From Auanema rhodensis (Eukaryota; Animalia; Nematoda): a DNA stretch of 64,000 bases. The notes beneath the pieces are model-generated. The model did not search any database. It saw only the letters and a list, made by a program, of their open reading frames with translations, and was not told the origin of the DNA. Shown here one piece after another: positions 36,981-47,782 of this stretch. Location: assembly GCA_964057225.1 (NCBI GenBank), contig OZ059897.1, positions 9,548,001 to 9,612,000 of the forward strand, in the 5' to 3' direction. The stretch's first letter is position 1, and the number at the start of each line of letters is the position of its first letter. The position numbers were made by a program, and so were the translations under genes.

Positions 36981-38010
36981 GACAGCTAGCTTTCAAGTGG
37001 GGTTTTTGACTGAATAAAGCTTGTACTCTGTTTTTTTTTTTTTTTTTTTTTTTTCTATTTATTTTTTTTTATGCGCTTTGCTCTGTTTTCGTCAAGAAAA
37101 TGGACTTATGTTTTCAATCTTTTCCTCATTCCTTTTTCCTTAAATAGCATGTTTTGCTCAAAATGTTTTCGACATTGTGCATGCTAATGAGGTTTGAGGA
37201 GAGTTATTGAAAAGGCTGTCCCTTTTCTCGATCAAAATAAGCAAAAGTGCGTTTTCCTAAGCGAATTTCTTTTTGAAAATGAGAAAAATACGTCTATTTT
37301 TAAACATTTCCAATTTACTTAGGATTACTGTAGGAGATAAGGGGTATCTTATGAGTTGAAACAACGAAATGATTTGAGGAAGGTGAAATAATCTACGGGG
37401 ATAAAATCCGTAGCAGTTATGCTTCCGCCAACTTGACCTGACTGTCAAATAAGAGCTGAGAAGTCTTATTGCAGATTTACCAGGCTTTTTCGGACTAGTG
37501 TGGTCTCTTTTTAAATTCAATTTATGTAACCGTTTTTGGTTTCCCGCAAAATAATATGTAAAATGATCTTTTACGTCTGAATATAATAATTTTTCAAAAT
37601 TCTAGTCCTGACCACAAAATATACAAACTATAATCAATTGCGCGCGTCTTATAAATTTTTGTTCCAATAATCAAACTTCTCTATGCCCAAAAAAAATGTG
37701 AACAATTATAATTTCTCGTTTGGCGAAATTGTCCTCTATTTCAAACCAAACGTCCTCAAAATGGCATGAGAAGCGGTACAAGATACGATAAGAAAAGGGT
37801 GGACATTCAGACGGTTTTAAATTGAGGACGGCGGGCAAAAATTTTATTGGTCCTATCTCGCATTTAAGCGAGATCCCTTGTATCTGTACCTTAAAACAAA
37901 TTGGCGCCTTCATTTTGTTGTTTCAAGTGGAGGAATTTATAATTTAGCATGCAAAAATGGACTTTTACAATAAAAAAAAAATTTTTTTTTTTTTCAAAAG
38001 ATGAGTTCGA

Positions 38011-38023
38011 GGTGGAACCTCCA
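38011..38023 (-). promoter_or_regulatory. tRNA-Gln primer-binding site
   Basis: TGGAGGTTCCACC abutting the 5' LTR. Confidence 0.85.
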
Positions 38024-38368
38024 CGTTCCGTTATGCTCCTGCGTCGATAATATAAACCATTGTAGTTTATACTATGACGCGCATAGTATTCCTTGGTGTA
38101 GCGGTAAGGAATAAAGAGCATAAGGTCAATCATAAGATAAAAGAGAGAAAGATTTATTAGCATGAAACTACAACAATAATATACAAAGATAAAGATACAA
38201 TACAATAAGATAAATATAAGTATAAAGACTAAACTACAAGCCGTCCATGAGCTTGCTAAGAGGCGAACTCCCGACCAAGGGAACGAGGGAAGGCGGAGCC
38301 ATTCCTCGGTCCTCTGGTCGTCTGGCTCTAACCCTTCAGCTACATATATGGGGAGTCCGAATGGAACG
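38024..38368 (-). repeat. 5' LTR of element 3
   Basis: CGTTCC...GGAACG. Confidence 0.95.
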
Positions 38369-38610
38369 GTTCTTGTCTTCTTTGGTTCTAATGAATCAGT
38401 CCGTCAGAAAAACTTTGGTCCGAGATTTTAGAAGTGTTCTCTCTCTATCATTTCATTTTTCTTGTTATCTAAACAAAGTTTGAAAACACTTAAACAGAGT
38501 TCTAAGAACTGAAACAATGTTACATCTACAGAATTCTATCTGATCAGAAAGAGATTAAGAAATAATATTCAAAATAAACGTTTAAATTTCAAAAAAAAGG
38601 TAAAACTTAA

Positions 38611-38683
38611 AGCCCGATGCGGGGCTCGAACCCGCGACAGCCAGATTAAGAGTCTGGTGCTCTACCGACTGAGCTAACCGGGC
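38611..38683 (-). tRNA. tRNA-Lys(CTT)
   Basis: array consensus copy. Confidence 0.96.
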
Positions 38684-39150
38684 TGTGATTTCTAATATTG
38701 TATTGAATCATTTAGATGTTCAGAGCATAACGTAATTATCTACTGGATCTTTATGCAGATGAAATCAGGCGACAGCCAGATTAAGAGTCTGGTGCTCTAC
38801 CGACTGAGCTAACCGGGCTGTGATTTCTAATATTGTATTGAATCATTTAGATGTTCAGAGCATAACGTAATTTTCTACTGGATCTTTATGCAGGTGAAAT
38901 CAGAATAGTTCTTGTCTTCTTTGGTTCTAATGGATCAGTCCGTCAGAAAAATTTTAGATCAAGATCTTAGAAGTGTTCTCTCTCTATCATTTCATTTTTC
39001 TTGTTATCTAAACAAGGTTGGAAAAGACTAAAACAAAATTCGAAAGGGCAGAAGCAATGTTACATCCACAGAATTCTATCTGATCAGAAAGAGATTAAGA
39101 AATAATATTCAAAATAAACGTTTAAATTTCAAAAAAAAGGTAAAACTTAA

Positions 39151-39223
39151 AGCCCGATGCGGGGCTCGAACCCGCGACAGCCAGATTAAGAGTCTGGTGC
39201 TCTACCGACTGAGCTAACCGGGC
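39151..39223 (-). tRNA. tRNA-Lys(CTT)
   Basis: array consensus copy. Confidence 0.96.
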
Positions 39224-39555
39224 TGTGAATTCTAATATTGTATTGAATCATTTAGATGTTCAGATCATAACGTAATTTTCTACTGGATCTTTATGCAGGT
39301 GAAATCAGAATAGTTCTTGTCTTCTTTGGTTCTAATGGATCAGTCCGTCAGAAAAACTTTGGTTCGAGATCTTAGAAGTGTTCTCTCTCTATCATTTCAT
39401 TTTTCTTGTTATCTAAACAAGGTTGGAAAAGACTAAAACAAAATTCGAAAGGGCAGAAGCAATGTTACATCCACAGAATTCTATCTGATCAGAAAGAGAT
39501 TAAGAAAGAATATTCAAAATAAACGTTTAATTTTCAAAAAAAAGGTAAAACTTAA

Positions 39556-39628
39556 AGCCCGATGCGGGGCTCGAACCCGCGACAGCCAGATTAAGAGTCT
39601 GGTGCTCTACCGACTGAGCTAACCGGGC
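39556..39628 (-). tRNA. tRNA-Lys(CTT)
   Basis: array consensus copy. Confidence 0.96.
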
Positions 39629-40095
39629 TGTGATTTCTAATATTGTATTGAATCATTTAGATGTTCAGAGCATAACGTAATTATCTACTGGATCTTTATG
39701 CAGATGAAATCAGGCGACAGCCAGATTAAGAGTCTGGTGCTCTACCGACTGAGCTAACCGGGCTGTGATTTCTAATATTGTATTGAATCATTTAGATGTT
39801 CAGAGCATAACGTAATTTTCTACTGGATCTTTATGCAGGTGAAATCAGAATAGTACTTGTCTTCTTTGGTTCTAATGAATCAGTCCGTCAGAAAAACTTT
39901 GGTCCGAGATTTTAGAAGTGTTCTCTCTCTATCATTTCATTTTTCTTGTTATCTAAACAAAGTTTGAAAACACTTAAACAGAGTTCTAAGAACTGAAACA
40001 ATGTTACATCTACAGAATTCTATCTGATCAGAAAGAGATTAAGAAATAATATTCAAAATAAATGTTTAAATTTCAAAAAAAAAGGTAAAACTTAA

Positions 40096-40168
40096 AGCCC
40101 GATGCGGGGCTCGAACCCGCGACAGCCAGATTAAGAGTCTGGTGCTCTACCGACTGAGCTAACCGGGC
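40096..40168 (-). tRNA. tRNA-Lys(CTT)
   Basis: array consensus copy. Confidence 0.96.
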
Positions 40169-40500
40169 TGTGATTTCTGATATTGTATTGAATCATTTAA
40201 ATGTTCAGAGCATAACGTAATTTTCTACTGGATCTTTATGCAGGTGAAATCAGAATAGTTCTTGTCTTCTTTGGTTCTAATGGATCAGTCCGTCAGAAAA
40301 ATTTTAGATCAAGATCTTAGAAGTGTTCTCTCTCTATCATTTCATTTTTCTTGTTATCTAAACAAGGTTGGAAAAGACTAAAACAAAATTCGAAAGGGCA
40401 GAAGCAATGTTACATCCACAGAATTCTATCTGATCAGAAAGAGATTAAGAAAGAATATTCAAAATAAACGTTTAATTTTCAAAAAAAAGGTAAAACTTAA

Positions 40501-40573
40501 AGCCCGATGCGGGGCTCGAACCCGCGACAGCCAGATTAAGAGTCTGGTGCTCTACCGACTGAGCTAACCGGGC
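40501..40573 (-). tRNA. tRNA-Lys(CTT)
   Basis: array consensus copy. Confidence 0.96.
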
Positions 40574-40905
40574 TGTGATTTCTAATATTGTATTGAATCA
40601 TTTAGATGTTCAGATCATAACGTAATTTTCTACTGGATCTTTATGCAGGTGAAATCAGAATAGTTCTTGTCTTCTTTGGTTCTAATGGATCAGTCCGTCA
40701 GAAAAACTTTGGTTCGAGATCTTAGAAGTGTTCTCTCTCTATCATTTCATTTTTCTTGTTATCTAAACAAGGTTGGAAAAGACTAAAACAAAATTCGAAA
40801 GGGCAGAAGCAATGTTACATCCACAGAATTCTATCTGATCAGAAAGAGATTAAGAAAGAATATTCAAAATAAACGTTTAATTTTCAAAAAAAAGGTAAAA
40901 CTTAA

Positions 40906-40978
40906 AGCCCGATGCGGGGCTCGAACCCGCGACAGCCAGATTAAGAGTCTGGTGCTCTACCGACTGAGCTAACCGGGC
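40906..40978 (-). tRNA. tRNA-Lys(CTT)
   Basis: array consensus copy. Confidence 0.96.
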
Positions 40979-41310
40979 TGTGATTTCTAATATTGTATTG
41001 AATCATTTAGATGTTCAGATCATAACGTAATTTTCTACTGGATCTTTATGCAGGTGAAATCAGAATAGTTCTTGTCTTCTTTGGTTCTAATGGATCAGTC
41101 CGTCAGAAAAACTTTGGTTCGAGATCTTAGAAGTGTTCTCTCTCTATCATTTCATTTTTCTTGTTATCTAAACAAGGTTGGAAAAGACTAAAACAAAATT
41201 CGAAAGGGCAGAAGCAATGTTACATCCACAGAATTCTATCTGATCAGAAAGAGATTAAGAAAGAATATTCAAAATAAACGTTTAATTTTCAAAAAAAAGG
41301 TAAAACTTAA

Positions 41311-41383
41311 AGCCCGATGCGGGGCTCGAACCCGCGACAGCCAGATTAAGAGTCTGGTGCTCTACCGACTGAGCTAACCGGGC
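41311..41383 (-). tRNA. tRNA-Lys(CTT)
   Basis: array consensus copy. Confidence 0.96.
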
Positions 41384-41635
41384 TATTATTTCTGATATTG
41401 TATTGAATCATCTAGATGTTCAGAGCAAAAGGTAATTTTCTACTGGATCTTTATGCAGGTGAAATCAGAATAGTTCTTGTCTTCTTTGGTTCTAATGGAT
41501 CAGTCCGTCAGAAAAACTTTGGTTCGAGATCTTAGAAGTGTTCTCTCTCTATCATTTCATTTTTCTTGTTATCTAAACAAGGTTGGAAAAGACTAAGTTA
41601 TCTAAACAAGGTTGGAAAAGACTGTTACATCTACA

Positions 41636-41691
41636 GAACCCGCGACAGCCAGATTAAGAGTCTGGTGCTCTACCGACTGAGCTAACCGGGC
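41636..41691 (-). pseudogene. 3'-truncated tRNA-Lys (ends in T loop)
   Basis: junction CTACAGAA|CCCGCGACAG. Confidence 0.85.
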
Positions 41692-43067
41692 TATTATTTC
41701 TGATATTGTATTGAATCATTTAGATGTTCAGAGCATAACGTAATTTTCTACTGGATCTTTATGCAGGTGAAATCAGCTTATGTTCACCAGGATGCGGAAA
41801 GATATCTTGCTTTAGATATAAGCATTTCATTTTTTCTCTACGTTCAGTCAAATTACTAAATTTTCCTAAGCAATCTATGGGTCTTTCTCTTCTACATATG
41901 AATCTTAATTTTCCTGTCTTGTTTTAGTTCATTGATTCATTAGAATTTGTGTGGATAAAAAACAATTGTACAGCAAAAATCATAATTTCTTTTTCAATTT
42001 GAATTTCACAAGATATTTTAATATTTTTATTGAATAAAGCATTTCTTACATTATTTTCTTTCTTTTTCTTAAAGCATTAAATTAACTGTGAATAGTCACA
42101 CCCTCATTTATTTATTGAGCAGCTCTGAAACTTTATTGACAAAGATAATATTTAGAATCATTCTTGATACATTTGCAATGTAAAAGACAATTATGTTGTA
42201 AAAGAATAAAATTATTCACAGGTTCAATCTTCGATATAAGCTTTTAAACAAATACTTTCATGTTATCATAGTTTTTATCAAATAATTTTTATAGCAAGCA
42301 AGGATTTTCTCATTGTAGTGTTAAAATTAAGTTAATCAGGGTTCCGATTAATCAAACGGATTATATTATGCAGGAAATAAAAGTAAATATAATAAAGTAC
42401 ATCGTTTTCTGGACTCATAAGTAAAAATGAAGAAAATGCTGAAAACTGCTATGAAAAATGTCAAAAAAAATTTTGATGTTATTATAAATTAGCTGAAAAA
42501 TATGAAAAAGAATAAAAAAATAAAAATTGTTCAAGTATCTCATATTAGTTTAATTATTACAATTAATAAATAAAGAATTAATAGTTATTTTATTTCATTT
42601 TATATTAATATTAAAATTATATTCGGATTAGAATAAATATAAAAGTATTAGGAGTCCGATCACTTTAAGAAAGTATGACGATTGAATTTACAAAAAACAG
42701 CCCGAAATTAATTCAATTATACAAAGCTTTCGAAATTCTCTTTTAAGTTTCAACCGTACCAGCCAATTTTCATGTTTTTGAGTAAAAGTAGCTAAGTCAT
42801 CTAGTATAAAGCTATGATTTCTGATTAAGAAATGATAGTATTTTGATTTGATAACGTGATGGAAATTGGAGATCAAAAGTATAAGCATTGTCTATAAATA
42901 ATAGTTGAAATTAATATCTGATCAGTACGCCATCATTAGCAGCGTTCGGCAATGACCCCCTAGTTGTCGTTACTTTTTCTTTTTCATTTTTCCTTTTGGT
43001 TTGATACCTATATTGTCTTGTCTTTAATATTATAAAGAAATTTTACTAATTTCTTTTCAGCATTGCG

Positions 43068-43667
43068 ATGGGAAAACCTAAGAAAGAAGGTGGAAATTCA
43101 AAGTCGAAAGAAAAAGATGATGCAGAATTATTGTTTATTGGACGAGGAACGCACATTCTTCCAAATACTTTTAACAATCTTATCGATTCAATTCCTGCTA
43201 AAGAAATTAAAGAATTTTCTGACGAACTCCAGAAAATGGAAAATGATGTTATTTTGAACCTATTAGGAGATAAAGGTTATGTCGTCTGCGGTCCAAACTA
43301 TAAAAGATACAACGAGATCAGAAAAGAAGCAAATGATTGGGAGCAAAACTATAAAAAAAATAAAAAAGAAACTACTTGTGTAGAAATTGTAGGACTCATA
43401 TTATTCCCGCTTACTTCTCTCCCAGAAGCAGACAACAGAACGAAGTCGGAACATCCAGAGAACGTTGCAAATCTTGACAGAAGAGGTCCAAAGGTGACGG
43501 GGAAAGCGGGTCTAACTCTATCCATAGTTCACACTATTCGGAATCGCAGCTACTGCGAAGGATACTGCAATGCAAAACTAAAAAGCGGAGAAGCCCAAAA
43601 AGAAGAAACAAAAGAAGTACCAGGAGAACAACCAATAGGATATCCAAAAAAAGAACCAGAAGAATAA
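43068..43667 (+). CDS. Hypothetical protein, 199 aa, Lys/Glu-rich, single coding exon
   Basis: 600-nt ORF in AT-rich DNA, TTTTCAG acceptor 7 nt before ATG, AATAAA at 43815. Confidence 0.7.
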   Translation: MGKPKKEGGNSKSKEKDDAELLFIGRGTHILPNTFNNLIDSIPAKEIKEFSDELQKMENDVILNLLGDKGYVVCGPNYKRYNEIRKEANDWEQNYKKNKKETTCVEIVGLILFPLTSLPEADNRTKSEHPENVANLDRRGPKVTGKAGLTLSIVHTIRNRSYCEGYCNAKLKSGEAQKEETKEVPGEQPIGYPKKEPEE

Positions 43668-43998
43668 CCTCACATTTTGTTTTCGTGGTATTTTACATAA
43701 TTTTTTTATAATTTTTAATTTTCAAATTGTTAGATTAAATTTGATTGTAGGTTTTTTGGTCCATCGTGGTTTTTTCCTACAGTCTCATTTGATGTGAACA
43801 AATTTTTCCTTGTAAATAAATATTTTTACTTGTTTTATTAAAATGGCTCTTGTTATCTGAACAAAGTTTGAAAAGACTAAAACAAAGTTCAAAGGGCAGA
43901 AACAATGTTACATCCACATAATTCTATCTGATCAGAAAGAGGTTAGGAATAAATTTTCAAAATAAACGTTATAATTTCAAATAAAAGGTAAAACTTAA

Positions 43999-44071
43999 AG
44001 CCCGATGCGGGGCTCGAACCCGCGACAGCCAGATTAAGAGTCTGGTGCTCTACCGACTGAGCTAACCGGGC
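43999..44071 (-). tRNA. tRNA-Lys(CTT)
   Basis: array consensus copy. Confidence 0.96.
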
Positions 44072-44402
44072 TGTGATTTCTGATATTGTATTGAATCATT
44101 TAAATGTTCAGAGCATAACGTAATTTTCTACTGGATCTTTATGCAGGTGAAATCAGAATAGTTCTTGTCTTCTTTGGTTCTAATGGATCAGTCCGTCAGA
44201 AAAATTTTAGATCAAGATCTTAGAAGTGTTCTCTCTCTATCATTTCATTTTTCTTGGTATCTAAACAAAGTTTGAAAACACTTAAACAGAGTTCTAAGAA
44301 CTGAAACAATGTTACATCTACAGAATTCTATCTGATCAGAAAGAGATTAAGAAAGAATATTCAAAATAAACGTTTAATTTTCAAAAAAAAGGTAAAACTT
44401 AA

Positions 44403-44475
44403 AGCCCGATGCGGGGCTCGAACCCGCGACAGCCAGATTAAGAGTCTGGTGCTCTACCGACTGAGCTAACCGGGC
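44403..44475 (-). tRNA. tRNA-Lys(CTT)
   Basis: array consensus copy. Confidence 0.96.
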
Positions 44476-44806
44476 TGTGATTTCTAATATTGTATTGAAT
44501 CATTTAGATGTTCAGAGCATAACGTAATTTTCTACTGGATCTTTATGCAGGTGAAATCAGAATAATTCTTGTAATCTTTGGTTCTAATGGATCAGTCCGT
44601 CAGAAAAACCTTGAATAGAGATCTTAGAAGTGTTCTCTCTCTATCATTTCATTTTTCTTGTTATCTAAACAAAGTTTGAAAACACTTAAACAGAGTTCTA
44701 AGAACTGAAACAATGTTACATCTACAGAATTCTATCTGATCAGAAAGAGGTTAGGAATAAATTTTCAAAATAAACGTTATAATTTCAAAAAAAAGGTAAA
44801 ACTTAA

Positions 44807-44879
44807 AGCCCGATGCGGGGCTCGAACCCGCGACAGCCAGATTAAGAGTCTGGTGCTCTACCGACTGAGCTAACCGGGC
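44807..44879 (-). tRNA. tRNA-Lys(CTT)
   Basis: array consensus copy. Confidence 0.96.
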
Positions 44880-45210
44880 TGTGATTTCTAATATTGTATT
44901 GAATCATTTAGATGTTCAGAGCAAAAGGTAAATTTCTATTGGATCTTTATGCAGATGAAATCAGAATAGTTCTTGTCTTCTTTGGTTCTAATGGATCAGT
45001 CCGTCAGAAAAACCTTGAATAGAGATCTTAGAAGTGTTCTCTCTCTATCATTTCATTTTTCTTGTTATCTAAACAAAGTTTGAAAACACTTAAACAGAGT
45101 TCTAAGAACTGAAACAATGTTACATCTACAGAATTCTATCTGATCAGAAAGAGGTTAGGAATAAATTTTCAAAATAAACGTTATAATTTCAAATAAAAGG
45201 TAAAACTTAA

Positions 45211-45283
45211 AGCCCGATGCGGGGGTCGAATCCGTAACAGCCAGATTAAGAGACTGGTGCTCTACCGACTGAGCTAACCGGGC
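45211..45283 (-). pseudogene. Mutated tRNA-Lys(CTT) variant at the array edge
   Basis: same haplotype as 28022. Confidence 0.8.
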
Positions 45284-45900
45284 TATATTTTCTAATTTTG
45301 AAAATTCTTGAAAGGTGGGGAAATAAACACTTTAACTTAGATCAAAAGGTCTTAATTACAATGTTCATCGTATGCGTGTTCTTCAGCGTACAAATTGTAT
45401 TCTAGATCTCTTAATTATCACAAAAAGTTTCCTTGACAGCTAAAAATAGATTTTGATGGCGTTATATGTCACTAAGACTCCTGCCATGATGTATTTAGCT
45501 AGGGATTCCAGTAATTCTAACATTTCACTAGGTATGCCACGTGTTTAGGTTCATTTGGAATCAGAATAACCGGTTTCTGCAGCTCAATATGAATATCATA
45601 ATATCATCCAATCCCTTTATTGTATTTAAAATCCGGGATTTTATCAAGTTACTTTTAGAAATCAAATCGTCATTGCATTTTAAAAAAGTATTTGAACATT
45701 AGTATTACCGTGGTAGTAAATAATAGCTTTTGACTATTATGTCCGGTGTTTACAAGACGACTGCGCCTTGTTCATATTCATGCGCATTGTAGTCCCGCCC
45801 ACAAAACATCATCTGATCTTTATATTAAAATCATTTTTTTTTGTTATAACAACTTGTAATGTTTCATTTTTCCAATTTGAAGGGATACGGAGGCGATAAA

Positions 45901-47375
45901 ATGGATCCCAATGGTATGAATGGAATGAAAGGTATTGAAAGCTGAGTTTGAGGGTTTTTAATTCGCGATTAACTTCAGATTGGAACGCTCGTTATCGAGC
46001 TCCCTATAATCCAATGGATTACCCTCAAGTTCCTCTGCAAAACAATCTTAATCATCATGCTCAGCATGGTCAACGTCCTATGTCTTACATGCAACAACAT
46101 AATCCTTATAATCAAAGTATTTTCACAATATTGATATATTCATTGAATTATTCTTAAGCTGTCCACCTCAATCCTAACGCTGAAGTTTTCGTCCCACGCT
46201 CACAATACAAGAGACAGCCACAGGTACTGAGCTAATTAAACTTTTCTGAGTTATAACAATAATACTTCAGTTTAATGACTGTTATCCTAACTATAGTCAA
46301 CCAAATTACGGTGGTGGTCAATCTAGCTATCAGCAGCAAAATTATGTAAGTGTTCTTTATCTGAAGTTTTTTCTAAACCATGTTTAAATGAACGTGGCCT
46401 TCTCCGCAATGTTTAACGAAGCGCTCAAATTTCCCACTGTCCTCGTACTATTGTCACTTGAAATGCTACATCGTCCTTAGTTAGCATTCCTTCCTCTTCT
46501 TTCTAAATATGAATTTCGCACTCTTTAATTATTATATTCATATTATAGTATTCGAAATATTTCTTAATTTTAAATTTTTTTTGGGAGATCTTGTTTAAAG
46601 TTAAATCGATATATTACAATTGATTTTATTTTTTCAGCTTTTTTTTATTATAATCCACGTTTAATAGAAATTGATACAATGTTTTCTGATTAATAATGCA
46701 TTGAAAAAAAAGTATATTTTGATAGTTGTTCCGATGTTGATTTGCTCTCTCTCTCTAATGCAAACTTTTGGCAATCGATACAATCGGTGGATAGTTAATT
46801 TCCCCGACCCACGATTGCATTCCCCTTCTCGTTTTTTTCCACAGAGTATAAGTTAAGTTTTTCTTTAAAATAGTTATTCAGAATTCTAACAACATGGCTA
46901 ATTATGAAAATGAAGAAGTCTGCCCCCGTTGGAGCAATAATTGGGCCTGACGGACATGTCATCGATCTGACGGATGAAGAAAGGATGTTCCTAGAATCAC
47001 AATTCAAAGAATTGGAGGATAAAAGTATTTAATTTTTTAAATTAAATTCTTTATCATATGTATTGTTTTGAGATTCTGCTCAATCAGCTGAACAAGATCC
47101 ATGCATTGATGAAAATGATTTTCTGGACGAGTATGGGCAATTTATTGCTGAAGAAAAGCTACATCTCCAAACTGAAAATGCAACTGTCCTTTTACAAAAT
47201 CTTTTGATACCAGATGAAACAAGTAATCAAGAAAAAGTGAAAAACGAAGGTTTTTTTTAGAATAAATTGAACATTCTTCAAACCTTTTATTTTAGATAAT
47301 AAAGGAAGTGAGAAGAATGACCAAGATATTCCACCTGGAATAGAAAAAGAAAAGAAATCAGACGAAACTAATTAG
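45901..47375 (+). pseudogene. Internally deleted duplicate of the PAIP1-like gene (premature TGA at 46948-46950)
   Basis: 1147 bp (52501-53647 of intact copy) replaced by one A at 46917; PAM2 motif retained. Confidence 0.85.
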
Positions 47376-47782
47376 TGCTCTCGAAATTTGCTGCTTAGTT
47401 GTTCTCATTCCTTTTCATTACCTCTTTCTACGTCATTTAGCTTGTATTGGATTACATAATAGTCTTATTTAGTGATCAGGAGGTTCGGGTAGAAGGTTAA
47501 GTTTTGAAACACTTGATTATGTCAATGCTACTTGTTTTTATTATATTCTGATATTTCGAAACAAAGCTGTGAGGTGCATCACGTCTGATCTCTACAGTTA
47601 TTTGATCTTTGTATAATTTGATTGTCAATGTGACCACCCTGTAATAAATAGCATTTTTAAAAATATATGTATTTTGTTTTATATATTATGTTCATATCAA
47701 AGCCATATCTGTTTTTTGCCTGGTTTCATAAAATTATTACTGAAGTTCAGAAAGTTGAAAATGATGATTGTTTGGTGTTGAG

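Larger units (their letters stand above)
34797..38368 (-). mobile_element. Complete non-autonomous LTR retrotransposon (LARD/TRIM-like), 3572 bp, same LTR family as element 1 (element 3)
   Basis: two 345-bp LTRs with one visible mismatch; TSD GTTC at 34793-34796 and 38369-38372; PBS 38011-38023; purine tract AAAAAGGGCA before 3' LTR; no gag/pol motifs inside. Confidence 0.95.
38369..45283 (-). repeat. Distal part of tRNA-Lys array (mixed 404/405 and 540-bp units), interrupted at ~41777-43847
   Basis: same unit, largely a diverged spacer subtype (GGGCAGAAGCAATGTTACATCCAC). Confidence 0.95.

Noticed and set aside
38004-38105. Internal Pol III promoter made of the LTR A-box-like and PBS B-box-like motifs
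   Set aside because: Order is B then A on the + strand, wrong for a type 2 promoter; better explained as primer complementarity
34760-38483. ORFs overlapping LTRs (MYCIFIFV..., MSLLRGEL...)
   Set aside because: Run across LTR boundaries into unrelated flanks; low-complexity
1-45283. CRISPR-like repeat/spacer periodicity
   Set aside because: Spacers are near-identical, the conserved part is a tRNA gene, the genome is eukaryotic and no cas genes are present
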